A stretch of 64,000 nucleotides of DNA from an uncultured Solirubrobacterales bacterium (GTDB lineage Bacteria; Actinomycetota; Thermoleophilia; Solirubrobacterales; 70-9): positions 15,660 through 79,659 of the forward strand of contig CAVXQO010000025.1 of assembly GCA_963763985.1 (NCBI GenBank), read 5' to 3'. Below, one piece after another: positions 1-10,605 of this stretch. The notes under the pieces are model-generated. The model saw nothing but the letters and a program-made list of their open reading frames with translations, was not told the DNA's origin and ran no database searches. Position numbers and translations under genes: made by a program. Numbering within the stretch: position 1 is the first letter of the stretch; every line of letters starts with the position of its first letter.

Positions 1-1935
1 CGACGTATCCCCAGGGACGAATCGCTGGCGCGCGTCCACGGCGTGGGCGCGCTCTTCTCGGCTGCCTACGGCAACGTGGGCTCGTCGATCTACTACGCCC
101 TCGGCGTCACCGCCGCCTTCGCCCTCGGCCTGACGCCGGTCGCATTCGTGATCGCCGGGCTGATCTTCATGGCCACCGCGGCGACCTACGCCGAGGCGAC
201 CGTGATGTTCCCCGAGGCCGGCGGCTCGTCCAGCTTCGCGCGCCACGCCTTCAACGAGCTGGTCAGCTTCTTCGCGGCCTGGGGCCAGATGCTCAACTAC
301 ATCATCACGGTCGCGATCTCGGCCTTCTTCGTCCCGCACTACCTGGCCGTGTTCTGGCCCTGGCTGGGGGACTCGCCCGGGGACATCATCGGCGGCGTCG
401 CGGTGATCGTCTTCCTCGCCGCGCTCAACGTGAAGGGCACGCAGGAGTCGACCCGCCTCAACCTGATTCTCGCGATCGCCGACCTCTGCACCCAGGTCAT
501 CCTGGTGGGTATCGGGCTGGTCCTGGTCTTCAGCCCGAGCATCCTGGTCGACAACGTCCACCTCGGCGTCGCGCCGAGCTGGGGCGACTTCCTGCTCGGC
601 ATCGCGGTCGGGATGATCGCCTACACCGGGATCGAGACGATCTCGAACATGTCGGAGGAGGCAAAGGACGCCTCGAAGACGATCCCGAGGGGGTCGGGCT
701 GACCGTCATCGCCGTTCTCGGCCTCTACGCGCTCCTGCCGCTGATCGCGCTCTCGGCGATGCCGGTCCACCACGTCGGCGGCCACTACTCGACCGACCTC
801 GGCACGAAGTTCGCCGACGACCCGGTGCTCGGCATCGTCGAGAACCTCGGCCTGGGCGGTGGCCTCACCAACGTGCTGCGCTACTACGTCGGCGTCCTCG
901 CGGCGGTGATCCTGCTGATCGCGACCAACGCCGCGCTGATCGGCGTCTCCCGGCTGACCTTCTCGATGGGCCACTACCGTCAGCTGCCCGAGCGCCTGCG
1001 GCAGGTGCACCCCCGCTACCGCACGCCCTACATGGCGATCCTGGTCTTCTCGGGCATCGCGATCGATCACACTGATCCCGGGCGAGACCGAGCTGCTGGC
1101 GACGCTCTACTCGTTCGGCGCGATGCTCTCCTTCACGATCGCCCACATCTCGGTGATCCGGCTGAGACAGCGCTATCCGGACAAGGAGCGCGAGTGGAAG
1201 CCGCCGGGCAACGTGCGGGTGTTCGGCTTCGACCTGCCGCTCACCGCCGTCTTCGGCGGTTTCGGCACCTTCGCCGCCTGGATCGTGGTGATGGCGCTCA
1301 ACCCGCGCACCCTGGTGATCGGCGCGATCTGGATGGCCCTGGGGATCACGATCTACCTGCTCTACCGCCGCTCGCAGGGACTCTCCCCCTCCCAGACCCA
1401 CAAGGTCCTCCTGCCGGAGCCGCTGGGCGTCGAGGAGGTCGAGTACAAGAGCGTCCTGGTGGCCTTCGAGGACGACGAGCCGTTCTCCGAGCAGACGATG
1501 GTCACCGCGGTCAAGCTCGCCGCAAAGCGCCGCCGGGCGATCCACGTGATCTCGGTCGTCACCGTGCCCAGCCACCTTCCGCTGGACGCCTCGCTGGGAG
1601 ACCTGGAGGAGGCGGCCCAATCGAAGATCGAGCAGGCCAAGCTGATCGGCGGGCTGCGCGTCAGCGGCCACGTCCACCGCGTCCGGCCGAACCAGGCCGG
1701 TCACTCGATCGCGGAGGAGGCCCGGGAGCTGAAGGCGAGCGCGCTCGTCATGGGGCTTCGCTACCGAAACGGCGCGCCGCTCTACGGCAAGGCGCTGCAG
1801 ACGGTGCTCGCCGAGCGGCCCACGCGGGTGATCGTCGTCGGGGAGCCTGAGCGGGCCCGCGAGGCCGCTGGGCTCGCCCACCGTTGGCGCGTGGCGGAGC
1901 CCAGATCGCGGTCACGTAGCGGCCGCGCCGCATAG
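1..1935 (+). CDS. APC-family amino acid permease with C-terminal universal stress protein (USP) domain; 5' end runs off the window; frame broken near 700 and 1090
   Basis: The frame is open from nt 1 (..GALFSAAYGNVGSSIYYALG). It continues collinearly in ORF 759.. (GVSRLTFSMGHYRQLP) and ORF 1123..1935 (TM helices, then KSVLVAFEDD..AIHVISVV..ALVMG, USP-like). Confidence 0.8.
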
Positions 1936-1967
1936 TCGTGGCCGCCGCCCTGAGGCAGCGGCCTGGG

Positions 1968-3383
1968 TCAGCCCCGCTCGAACATGCGGCGGCGCTCGTA
2001 GTCCGTCACGACCTTGTCGAACAGGCCCTGCTCGAGCTGGCCGTAGTTGAGGTAGTGCTTGTGGACGGCGTCGCCGAACGCCTTCTTCGCGAAGTCCGAC
2101 TTCTCCCAGAGGCCGACCGCCTCGCGGAGGGATGCGGGGAAGGCCTCGGCCTCCCCGGCCTCATAGGCGTTGCCCTTGAGCTCCGGGCCGGGATCCGTCT
2201 GGTTCTCGATGCCGTCGAGCCCGGCGGCGAGGAGGGCGGCAAACGCCAGATAGGGGTTCGCATCCGCCCCGGGGATCCGGCACTCGACCCGCCGCGACTG
2301 CCCGTGGCCGACGACGCGGAATCCGCAGGTGCGGTTGTCGCGGCCCCATGAGACCGAGGTGGGCGCCCAGCTCTCGGCGGCATAGCGCTTGTAGGAGTTG
2401 ATCGCCGGCGCCACGAACAGCGCCAGCTCGCGGACGTGGTTTCGCATCCCGCCGAGGAAGTGCCGGAAGGTGTCGGTCTCCTCCCCCTTGCCGTCGACGA
2501 AGGCGCTCTTGCCGTCCTCGCCGACCAGGCTCTGATGGATGTGGCAGGAGCTCCCGATGTCGTCCTCGGACGGTTTCGCCATGAAGCTCGCCGAGATCTC
2601 GTTCAGGAAGGCGATCTCCTTGACGCCGTTCTTGTAGATCGTGTGGCGGTCGGCGGCGGTGACGGCGTCCGCGTAGCGGAAGTTGACCTCGTGCTGCCCG
2701 TACCAGGCCTCGCCCTTGGAGAACTCGACCGGGATCCCGGCGCCCATCATGCCGCGGCGGATCGGCCCCAGGTACGCCTCGTCCATCGTCGTGGCGAGGA
2801 TGTGGTAATCGAGGATGTAGGGGATCGTCGGGGTGAGGTCCTTGTAGCCCTTCTCCCACGCCTCCGCGTAGCTCTCCTTGTAGAGGTAGAACTCGAGCTC
2901 GGAGGCGGCGTACGGAGTGAAGCCCATCTCCTGCGCCCGCTCGTAGACGGCGATCAGGATCTGCCGCGGGGAGGCGACCACGGGCGAGCCGTCGTGGTTG
3001 ACGACGTCCGCCAGCACCAGTGCGGTGCGGTCGAGCCAGGGGATCCGGCGCAGCGTCGACATGTCGGGCTGGATCCCGAAGTCCCCATAGCCGTCCTCCC
3101 AGTTCGCCATCTCGTAGCCGGGGAGGGGCTCCATGTCCATGTCGAGCGCCAGCAGGTAGTTGCAGCCCTCGACGCCGTGGCCGGTCACCTCGTCGAGGAA
3201 GTACTCGATCTCGATCCGCTTGCCGAAGAGCCGCCCCTGCATGTCCGTGAAGGCGGTGACGATCGTGTCGATCGTCCCGTCCTCGCCGGCCTTGCGGAGA
3301 TCGTCGAGCGTGAGCATGCCGCGGGTGCCGCCGGGGCCACCGGGTCTGGGGGCAGCTTCCTTGCTCTTCTCCCCTGATGCCAC
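1968..3383 (-). CDS. Glutamine synthetase family protein (gamma-glutamyl-amine synthetase type, GlnA-like)
   Basis: Intact 471-aa ORF. It has GS catalytic-domain motifs: EFSKGEAWYGQHEVNF, NSYKRY, RVECRIPGADANPYLA. Confidence 0.9.
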   Translation of the reverse strand: MASGEKSKEAAPRPGGPGGTRGMLTLDDLRKAGEDGTIDTIVTAFTDMQGRLFGKRIEIEYFLDEVTGHGVEGCNYLLALDMDMEPLPGYEMANWEDGYGDFGIQPDMSTLRRIPWLDRTALVLADVVNHDGSPVVASPRQILIAVYERAQEMGFTPYAASELEFYLYKESYAEAWEKGYKDLTPTIPYILDYHILATTMDEAYLGPIRRGMMGAGIPVEFSKGEAWYGQHEVNFRYADAVTAADRHTIYKNGVKEIAFLNEISASFMAKPSEDDIGSSCHIHQSLVGEDGKSAFVDGKGEETDTFRHFLGGMRNHVRELALFVAPAINSYKRYAAESWAPTSVSWGRDNRTCGFRVVGHGQSRRVECRIPGADANPYLAFAALLAAGLDGIENQTDPGPELKGNAYEAGEAEAFPASLREAVGLWEKSDFAKKAFGDAVHKHYLNYGQLEQGLFDKVVTDYERRRMFERG

Positions 3384-3407
3384 GGGCGGACCCTATATCG
3401 TCGGCAC

Positions 3408-4818
3408 GTGGCGAGCAAGGACGCGATCGAGGTCATCGAGCCGGCCACCGAGCAGGTGATGGCGGAGCTGCCCCGCGCCGGCAAGGAGGAGACCGACGCG
3501 GCGATCGAACGCGCGAAGTGCGGCATTTCCCGGCCTGGCGCGCGATGGCGCCCGGCGACCGCTCGGCCCTGCTCCACACGCTCACCGACGCGATCGCCCA
3601 CCGAGCCGAGGACCTCGCCCAGCTCGAGGCGCGCAACGCGGGCAAGCCGATCTCCGACGCCCGCGGCGAGATCGGGATGGTCGTCGAGACCTTCCGCTAC
3701 TACGCCGGGGCGCCCGAGCGGCTCACCGGCAAGACGATCCCCGTCTCCGGCGGCGTCGACATGACCTTCCGCGAGCCGCTCGGCGTGGTCGGGCTGATCA
3801 CGCCATGGAACTTCCCGCTCACGATCGCCTCCTGGAAGGTGGCCCCGGCGCTCGCCGCCGGCAACACGATCGTGCTGAAGCCCGCCGAGCTGACCCCGCT
3901 GACGGCGATCGAGCTCGAGAGGATCGCCCTGGAGGCCGGCGTGCCCGAGGGAGTGCTGAACGTCGTCGCCGGGCCGGGGAGCGTCTGCGGGCGGCGGCTG
4001 GTCGAGCACCCGGACGTCGCCAAGGTCGCCTTCACCGGCTCGACCGAGGTCGGTCGCGGGATCGCCGAGGGCGCGGCCGCGACCATCAAGCGGGTCACGC
4101 TGGAGCTCGGCGGCAAGAGCGCCAACGTGATCTTCGCCGATGCGGACCTCACGGCCGCGGCGTGCCTCCGCACCGATCGCGGTCTTCGGCAACGCCGGGC
4201 AGGACTGCTGCGCGCGCTCCCGGATCCTGGTCGAGCGCCCGGCGATGGACGAGTTCATGTCCGCCCTGGAGGCCGAGGTGAAGGCGATCAAGGTCGGCGA
4301 TCCGCTCTCCGAGGCGACCCAGATGGGACCGCTGATCTCGGCCGACCAGCTCCACACCGTCTCCTCCTACGTCAACGGCGACGCGCCGGTCGCCTTCCGC
4401 GGCTCCATCCCGGACGGACCCGGCTACTGGTTCCCGCCGACGGTGCTGGCCCCGGTCTCCAACGACGACCGGCCGGCCCGCGAGGAGATCTTCGGCCCGG
4501 TCGCCTGCGTGATCCCGTTCGACGACGAGGCCGAGGCCATCCGGATCGCCAACGACACCATCTACGGGCTGTCCGGCTCGGTCTGGACCCGCGACGGGGC
4601 GAAGGCGCTTCGCGTCGCCCGCGCGATGGAGACCGGGCGTGATCTCGATCAACTCGAACACCTCGGTGCGGGTCTCGACGCCGTTCGGCGGCTTCAAGCA
4701 GTCCGGCGTCGGCCGTGAGCTGGGCCCCGACGCGCTCGATGCCTACAGCGAGGTCAAGAACGTCTACTACGCCGACGGAGGGGATGATGCGGACGCCTCG
4801 ATGGGAAGGTCTGCGTGA
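3408..4818 (+). CDS. NAD(P)-dependent aldehyde dehydrogenase; frame broken about 3 times
   Basis: Collinear pieces lie in ORFs 3408.., 3377..4642, 4140..4718 and a fourth frame. Motifs: VVGLITPWNFPL, ELGGKSANVIF, EEIFGPV, PFGGFKQSGVGRE. Confidence 0.85.
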
Positions 4819-5532
4819 TCACCGGCGCCGCCAGCGGGATCGGGGCCGAGACGGCTCGGCTGTTCGCCGAGGAGGGCGCCCGGGTCGTCGGGCGTCGACC
4901 TGGCCGAGGGCGCCGAGGGCGAGCTGGCGCTCCAGGCCGACGTCGCCGACGAGGACTCCGTCCGCGAGATGTACGCGAAGGCGGCGGAGCAGATGGGCCG
5001 CATCGACGTCCTCTTCAACAACGCCGGGATCAGCCCCGACGACGACGTCTCGGTGCTCGACACCTCGCTGGAGGCCTGGCAGCGCGTCCAGGACGTCAAC
5101 CTGAAGTCGGTCTTCCTCTGCTGCAAGCACGGCATCCCCCACCTGCTCGAGTCGGGCGGCGGCTCGGTGATCAACACCGCCTCGTTCGTCGCGGTGATGG
5201 GCGCCGCCACCTCGCAGATCTCCTACACAGCGTCGAAGGGCGGCGTGCTGGCGCTCTCCCGCGAGCTGGGAGTGGAGTTCGGCAAGCGCGGCGTTCGCGT
5301 CAACGCCCTCTGCCCCGGGCCCGTCAACACGCCCTTGCTCCAGGAGCTCTTCGCCAAGGACCCCGAGAAGGCCGCCCGCCGGCTGGTCCACCTGCCGATG
5401 GGGCGCTTCGCCGAGGCCAGGGAGATCGCGCAGGGCGCCCTCTTCCTGGCGAGCGACGACAGCTCCTACGTGACGGCCTCGACCTTCCTGGTCGACGGCG
5501 GCCTCTCCGGCGCGTACGTCACGCCCGAATAG
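4787..5532 (+). CDS. Short-chain dehydrogenase/reductase (SDR); frame broken near the N-terminus
   Basis: VITGAASGIGAETARLFAEEGARVV (TGxxxGIG) lies in the ORF 4815 frame. The body is in ORF 4969..5532 with YTASKGG (YxxxK) and NALCPGPV. Confidence 0.8.
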
Positions 5533-6232
5533 CCAGGGTGTCGAGGAACCGGCCGCAGAGCTCGCGCCCGAGCCGGTTCCAGTCCGCGATCTTCTCCCTG
5601 GTCTCGGCGCGCAGCGCGTCCGGGTCGATGCCGATCCGCACCGCATCCTCATCCGAGCGGTAGTCGTCGATCCACCTCTCGGCGTCCGCTGCCGTGACCT
5701 CGGCGTGGAACTGGATCCCCCAGGCTCGCTCGCCGACCCGGTAGGCCTGCGCGCAGACCGGGCTGCGGGCCAGGATCACCGCCCCGTCGGGCGGCAGCGC
5801 CTCGTAGCTGTGCCATTGGAATCCGGTGAAGCGCGGCGCCAGCGGGCCGATCAGCGGGTCGGCGGCGCCGTCGTCGGTGATCTCGACCTCGCACCAGCCG
5901 ATCTCCGGCTCGCTCGCGCGCCGAGCCGAGCCCCCGGCGGCCTCGGCCAGCAGCTGGCTGCCAAGGCAGACGGCCAGCAGCGGCATCCCGTCGTCGACCA
6001 TCGCGTCCAGGAAGTCCTTCTCGAAGCGCAGCCAGGGATGGCGATCCTCCTGGTCGGCGTGCATCGCGCCGCCGAAGGTGAGGACCGCGTCGTAGTCGGC
6101 GATCTCGAGCCGCGGCCCGCCTCCCCGCTCGGAGAGCCTCCACTCGTCCAGATCCACCCCGCGCTCACGCATCTCCTCGGCGAAGACGCCGGGTCCCGCG
6201 TCGGGTTGGTGCACGATGGCGAGCGCCCTCAT
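5519..6232 (-). CDS. Class I glutamine amidotransferase (gamma-glutamyl hydrolase/PuuD-like)
   Basis: LAVCLGSQLL is the nucleophile Cys elbow and GIQFHAE carries the His-Glu pair. The likely start is MRALAIV (ATG at 6232). Confidence 0.8.
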   Translation of the reverse strand: MRALAIVHQPDAGPGVFAEEMRERGVDLDEWRLSERGGGPRLEIADYDAVLTFGGAMHADQEDRHPWLRFEKDFLDAMVDDGMPLLAVCLGSQLLAEAAGGSARRASEPEIGWCEVEITDDGAADPLIGPLAPRFTGFQWHSYEALPPDGAVILARSPVCAQAYRVGERAWGIQFHAEVTAADAERWIDDYRSDEDAVRIGIDPDALRAETREKIADWNRLGRELCGRFLDTLAIRA

Positions 6233-6276
6233 CGGTGGAATCATTGGGATACTGGCGAATCCCGAGGAGGGTCGGC

Positions 6277-6681
6277 ATGGACGCATCACAGAGCGCGCAG
6301 GCGAGTCATCGAGACCGAGGACGGCACCCGGCCCGATCGGTCCCTACTCGCAAGCCGTGGTGGCGAACGGCGTCCTCTACTGCAGCGGCCAGGTGCCGCT
6401 CGACCCCGCAGAGCGGCGAGCTGGTCGACGGCGGCATCGCCGAGCAGGCGGCTCGGTGCCTGGAGAGCCTCGAGGCCGTCTGCCGGGGGGCGGGCACCCG
6501 GCTCCAGGACGCGGCGCGGATCGGGATCTACCTGACCGACATGGAGGAGTTCCCGAAGGTGAACGACGTGTACGCGACCTTCTTCGAGAAGCCCTTCCCG
6601 GTTCGCACGACGGTCGGGGTCGCCGCGCTGCCGAAGGGCGCCCTGGTGGAGATGGACGCCACCGTTCCGCTGGCCACGTGA
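6277..6681 (+). CDS. RidA/YjgF-family reactive-intermediate deaminase; three frames used within about 130 nt
   Basis: RVIETEDG, then PIGPYSQAVVANGVLYCSGQVPLDP, then SGELVDGGIAEQ..RTTVGVAALPKGALVEMDA, read across three frames. Confidence 0.75.
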   Translation: MDASQSAQASHRDRGRHPARSVPTRKPWWRTASSTAAARCRSTPQSGELVDGGIAEQAARCLESLEAVCRGAGTRLQDAARIGIYLTDMEEFPKVNDVYATFFEKPFPVRTTVGVAALPKGALVEMDATVPLAT

Positions 6682-7832
6682 CCGACTCCGTCTCGCTCGA
6701 GGACATCGAGCGCGCTCGCGAGGTGGTCGCCGATGTGGTCCGGCGCACCTACGTCTTCGAGTCTCGCTACCTCTCGCGCACAACCGGGGGCACGATCGCT
6801 CTCAAGGCCGAGAACCTGCAGCGCACCGGCTCCTTCAAGCTGCGCGGCGCCCTCAACATGATCGCCGGGCTCGACGGAGGCACCAAGGGCGTGGTCGCCG
6901 CGAGCGCGGGCAACCACGGCCAGTCGGTCGCGTACGCGGCGCGGGCGCGCGGTCTGGCGGCGACGATCTTCATGCCCGAGCGCGCACCGCTGGCGAAGAT
7001 CGCAGCCGCCCGGGAGTCGGGCGCCGAGGTCGTCCTGCAAGGGGAGTCGATCGAGGCCTGCGTCGAGGACGCCCGCGAATACGCCGAGTCCGAGGGCCTC
7101 GCATTCATCCACCCCTACGACGACCCGGCGGTGATCGCCGGACAGGGAACGATCGGGCTGGAGCTGGTTGAGGAGGTCGAGGATCTCGCCAAGGTGCTGA
7201 TCCCCATCGGTGGCGGCGGCCTGGCGTCCGGGGTCGCAGCCGCGATCAAGGCCACGCAGCCGACGGTCGAGATCGTCGGGATCCGCTCGCAGTGCGCGCT
7301 CGCCGACGGGATCGCCGTGAAGCAGCCCGGCGAGATCACCGCGCCACTCCTCGAGGACCTGCTCGATGGACAGGTGACGGTGGACGAGAATGCGATCGCC
7401 GACGCGATCATGCTGCTGCTCGAGCGGACCAAGCTCGTCGTCGAGGGGGCAGGCGCCGTGGGCGTCGCCGCGCTGATCGGAGAGCAGGTCCAGCCCGCCG
7501 CAACGGGCACGACGGTGGTGATCCTCTCGGGCGGCAACATCGACACCGGCGTCCTCGCCGACCTCGCGCGACACCACGAGACCGGGCGCGGCAGGCGGCT
7601 GCGGATCTTCACCAAGATCCCCGACGAGCCCGGTTCGCTCGCCGCCCTGCTGACCGCAATCGGTGAGGGCGGCGCCAACCTGATCGACGTGGATCACGTG
7701 CGCGAGGGCGTGGGCCTCTCGGTCAGCGAGACCGGCGTGGAGCTGGTGATGGAGACCCGCGGGCCGGAGCACGCCGAGCGCCTGCTCGAGCTGATCAGGG
7801 AGCTCGGATATACGCCCGACGTCCTGAGTTGA
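6678..7832 (+). CDS. ilvA: Threonine ammonia-lyase (PLP-dependent, C-terminal ACT-like domain)
   Basis: The GTG start overlaps the RidA stop (GTGA). Motifs: SFKLRGA (PLP Lys), AGNHGQ, IGGGGLASG. The C-terminal segment IFTKIPDEPGSLA is ACT-like. Confidence 0.85.
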   Translation: MTDSVSLEDIERAREVVADVVRRTYVFESRYLSRTTGGTIALKAENLQRTGSFKLRGALNMIAGLDGGTKGVVAASAGNHGQSVAYAARARGLAATIFMPERAPLAKIAAARESGAEVVLQGESIEACVEDAREYAESEGLAFIHPYDDPAVIAGQGTIGLELVEEVEDLAKVLIPIGGGGLASGVAAAIKATQPTVEIVGIRSQCALADGIAVKQPGEITAPLLEDLLDGQVTVDENAIADAIMLLLERTKLVVEGAGAVGVAALIGEQVQPAATGTTVVILSGGNIDTGVLADLARHHETGRGRRLRIFTKIPDEPGSLAALLTAIGEGGANLIDVDHVREGVGLSVSETGVELVMETRGPEHAERLLELIRELGYTPDVLS

Positions 7833-8154
7833 GCAGGTACAGCATCGCGATCAGCAGGGCCGGCGCGAGCGTCAGGCTGATCGGCTCGCCCTCCTTGATG
7901 CCGGAGACGACGATCGCCCCGACCATGTCGCCGGCCAGCACCAGCGCGGCGAGACGTGTACCGCGACCGAGCAGGAGCATCGCCCCTCCCACCACCTCGA
8001 TGACGCCGATCGCGTAGACGAAGGCATCCGGCGAGGGCAATCCGTAGGTCTCGAACGAGTCGACCTCGGCGCCATGATTGATGAACTTCGCCGCGCCGAA
8101 CGCGACGAAGATGGCCCCGGAGGCCAGGCGTACGAGCAGCGGCCAGTTGCGCAT
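7795..8154 (-). CDS. DoxX family membrane protein
   Basis: 119-aa ORF with four hydrophobic segments and a DoxX-like pattern (LLVRLASGAIFVAFGAAKF). Confidence 0.7.
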   Translation of the reverse strand: MRNWPLLVRLASGAIFVAFGAAKFINHGAEVDSFETYGLPSPDAFVYAIGVIEVVGGAMLLLGRGTRLAALVLAGDMVGAIVVSGIKEGEPISLTLAPALLIAMLYLLNSGRRAYIRAP

Positions 8155-8185
8155 CCGCCTCCCGGTCCCGGGAGGCCGCCGGTCG

Positions 8186-9716
8186 TTACGCGATCAGCTC
8201 GTAATCGGCCGGGTCCAGGCGCCTCGTCCGGCGCCGGTACTCGAGCGTGAAGCCCGGGCCAGTTGTTGGTGTTCCGGCCGTGCTCGTCGACGTACCAGTT
8301 GTTGCAGCCCGTCTGCCAGACCGAGGTGGAGAGGCGGCTCTGCATCTCGCTGTCGAAGGCGCGCTGAACCTCGGGCCGGACCGATAGCCACCCGCCCGTG
8401 CGCCGCAATCTCTCGACGGCGTCGGCGATGTAGGCCATCTGGCTCTCGAGCTGGAAGATGATCGAGCCCGACCCGAGGTTGGTGTTGGGCCCGTACATGA
8501 CGAACAGGTTCGGGAAGCCGGCGACGGTCATCCCCAGGTAGGCGTTCGCCCCTTCGCGCCAGGCCTCGTTCAGGTCGAGCCCGTCCCGGCCGCGGATCTC
8601 CATCGGGGCGAGGAACCGCGTGCTCTCGAAGCCCGTCGAGAGGACGATCACGTCGGCCGGGCGCTCGGTGCCGTCCTCCGCCACGACTCCGGTCTTCGTC
8701 AGCTCCCGCACACCCTGCGTGACGAGCTCGACGTTGGGCCGCTCGAGGGTCGAGTAGTAGTCGGGCGAGATCAGGACCCGCTTGCAGCCGAGCACGTCGT
8801 CAGGGGTCAGGGCGCGCTTCAGCTCCGGGTCCGAGACCTGGTCGTCCAGGTTCCGCTCGAACATCCGGACGCCGACCCGGCCCACCGCCTTGAACTGATT
8901 GAAGGCCGCGATGAAGATCTCGAAGAAGAGCCACTGGGTGAAGCGGGCCATCAGCCTCGCCGGGGGGAACCAGCGGAAGAGACGCCTCTCCCATGGCATG
9001 TACGGGCGGTCCTTCTTGGGGATCACATATGGCGCGGAGCGCTGGTAGACGTCGACCTGGCCCACCCGTTCGGCGATCGCCGGGACGACCTGGATCGTGC
9101 TGGCGCCGGTGCCGATCACGGCCACCCGCTTGCCCTGCAGCTCGACGCCGTGGTCCCAGCGAGCCGTGTGGAAGATCGGGCCCGCAAAGCGCTCCGCGCC
9201 CTCGATCCGGGTGGTCGCCGGGCGGCTGAGCTGGCCGCAGGCGGAGACGAGCACGTCCGCCTCGACCGTGCCGTCATCGGTCTCGATCCGCCAGCGACCC
9301 GAGTCCTCGTCGAACTCGGCACGCCTGACCTCCGTTCCCAGCCGCAGGCTGGGCCGCAGGCCGTACCGCTCGATGCAGCGCTCGAGATAGTCGAGGATCT
9401 CGGGCTGCGGCGAGTAGCGGCGGCTCCAGTCCGGGTTGGGCTCGAACGAGAACGAATAGAGATGCGAAGGGACATCGCAGGCCGCGCCCGGGTAGGTGTT
9501 GTCCCGCCAGACGCCGCCGATCCCATCGGCCTTCTCAAGAATGGTCAGCGAGTCGACGCCGGCCTTCTTCAGGGTGATCGCGAGGCCGATGCCCCCGAAG
9601 CCCGCCCCGATGATCGCGACGCTGGGTGCCGGCCGGCCGTTGCTCGGGGCGCTCCCTCGCGCCGAGAGGGGCCGGCCCGCCCAGATGTCGTCGAAGGCTC
9701 CGGACAGGTCGGCCAT
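8186..9716 (-). CDS. Baeyer-Villiger-type flavin monooxygenase; frame broken near 8260
   Basis: IIGAGFGGIG (FAD GxGxxG), FAGPIFHTARWD (BVMO fingerprint FxGxxxHxxxW), VIGTGASTIQ (NADP site). After a frame change the C-terminus reads ..NNWPGFTLEYRRR..ADYELIA-stop at 8186. Confidence 0.8.
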
Positions 9717-10581
9717 CGCCTCGTCCGCCTCCCTGCAGCAGCCCGGCGGCGATCTGAAAGTCGTGCCACATGCCCTCGAAGCGCGTGTAGCCGACGTCGA
9801 CTCCGGCCGCCCGCGCCCGTTCGGCGAACAGATCGGAGTCGCTCAGCAGGATGTCGTGGGTGCCGACCTGGACGTAGGTCGGCGGCAGGCCGCCGAGGTC
9901 GGCCTCGACCGGGGAGAGCTCGGGGTCGAGCGGATCGGCGTCGCCGCGGTAGAGCTCGCCGCCGCGCACGGTCCAGTCGCGGAACAGCCCCACGTCTCGC
10001 CGGGCGTTCACGCCCATCGAGGCGCCCGAGCAGGTCAGGTCGAGCCAGCCGTTCAGGACGCACGAGCCCGCCCGGGAGCGGATCGCCCTCGGCGCGCAGC
10101 CTGCGCGGCAAGCGCCACGGCCAGCCCGCCGCCAGCGGAGTCCCCGGCGATCACGATCGACTTGGGGTCGATCCCGGAGGCGAGCAGCTCCCGATATGCG
10201 GCGATGGCATCCTCCAGAGCCGCCGGATGCTTGTGCTCCGGGCCGAGGCGGTACTCGGGCAGATGCACCGGGGCGCCGGCCGCCAGCGCGATCTGCGCGG
10301 CCAGGCCGCGGTGCGTCCGGCGGGACCCCAGAACGTAGGCGCCGCCATGGAGATAGAGGACGGCGCGTGAGCGAACCGCGCCCCCGGACTCGATCCGGTC
10401 GCTGGGGACCCCGCCGAGCGAGCCGCTGCTCGATCGAGATCCCCGGCGGGACCCGGCTGATCCTCGCCGCCGCCTCGGTCCAGGCGCGCTGGACGCGGAT
10501 CGGGATCCAGGTGCGCTGGACCGAGCGCTGCAGCGCGCGGGTCAGCAGTTTGCCACGCGGCCGAGGCAGGTACCGGCTCAC
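9700..10581 (-). CDS. Alpha/beta hydrolase fold-3 (HSL-family) esterase; frame broken at least 3 times, 3' end unresolved
   Basis: HGGAYVLGS (oxyanion HGG), GDSAGGGLA (nucleophile elbow) and GMWHDF (catalytic His) are spread over ORFs 10053..10268, 9569..10111 and the 9535..11769 frame. Confidence 0.7.
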
Positions 10582-10605
10582 GAGACGGGAGAATAGGCTT
10601 CCCGC

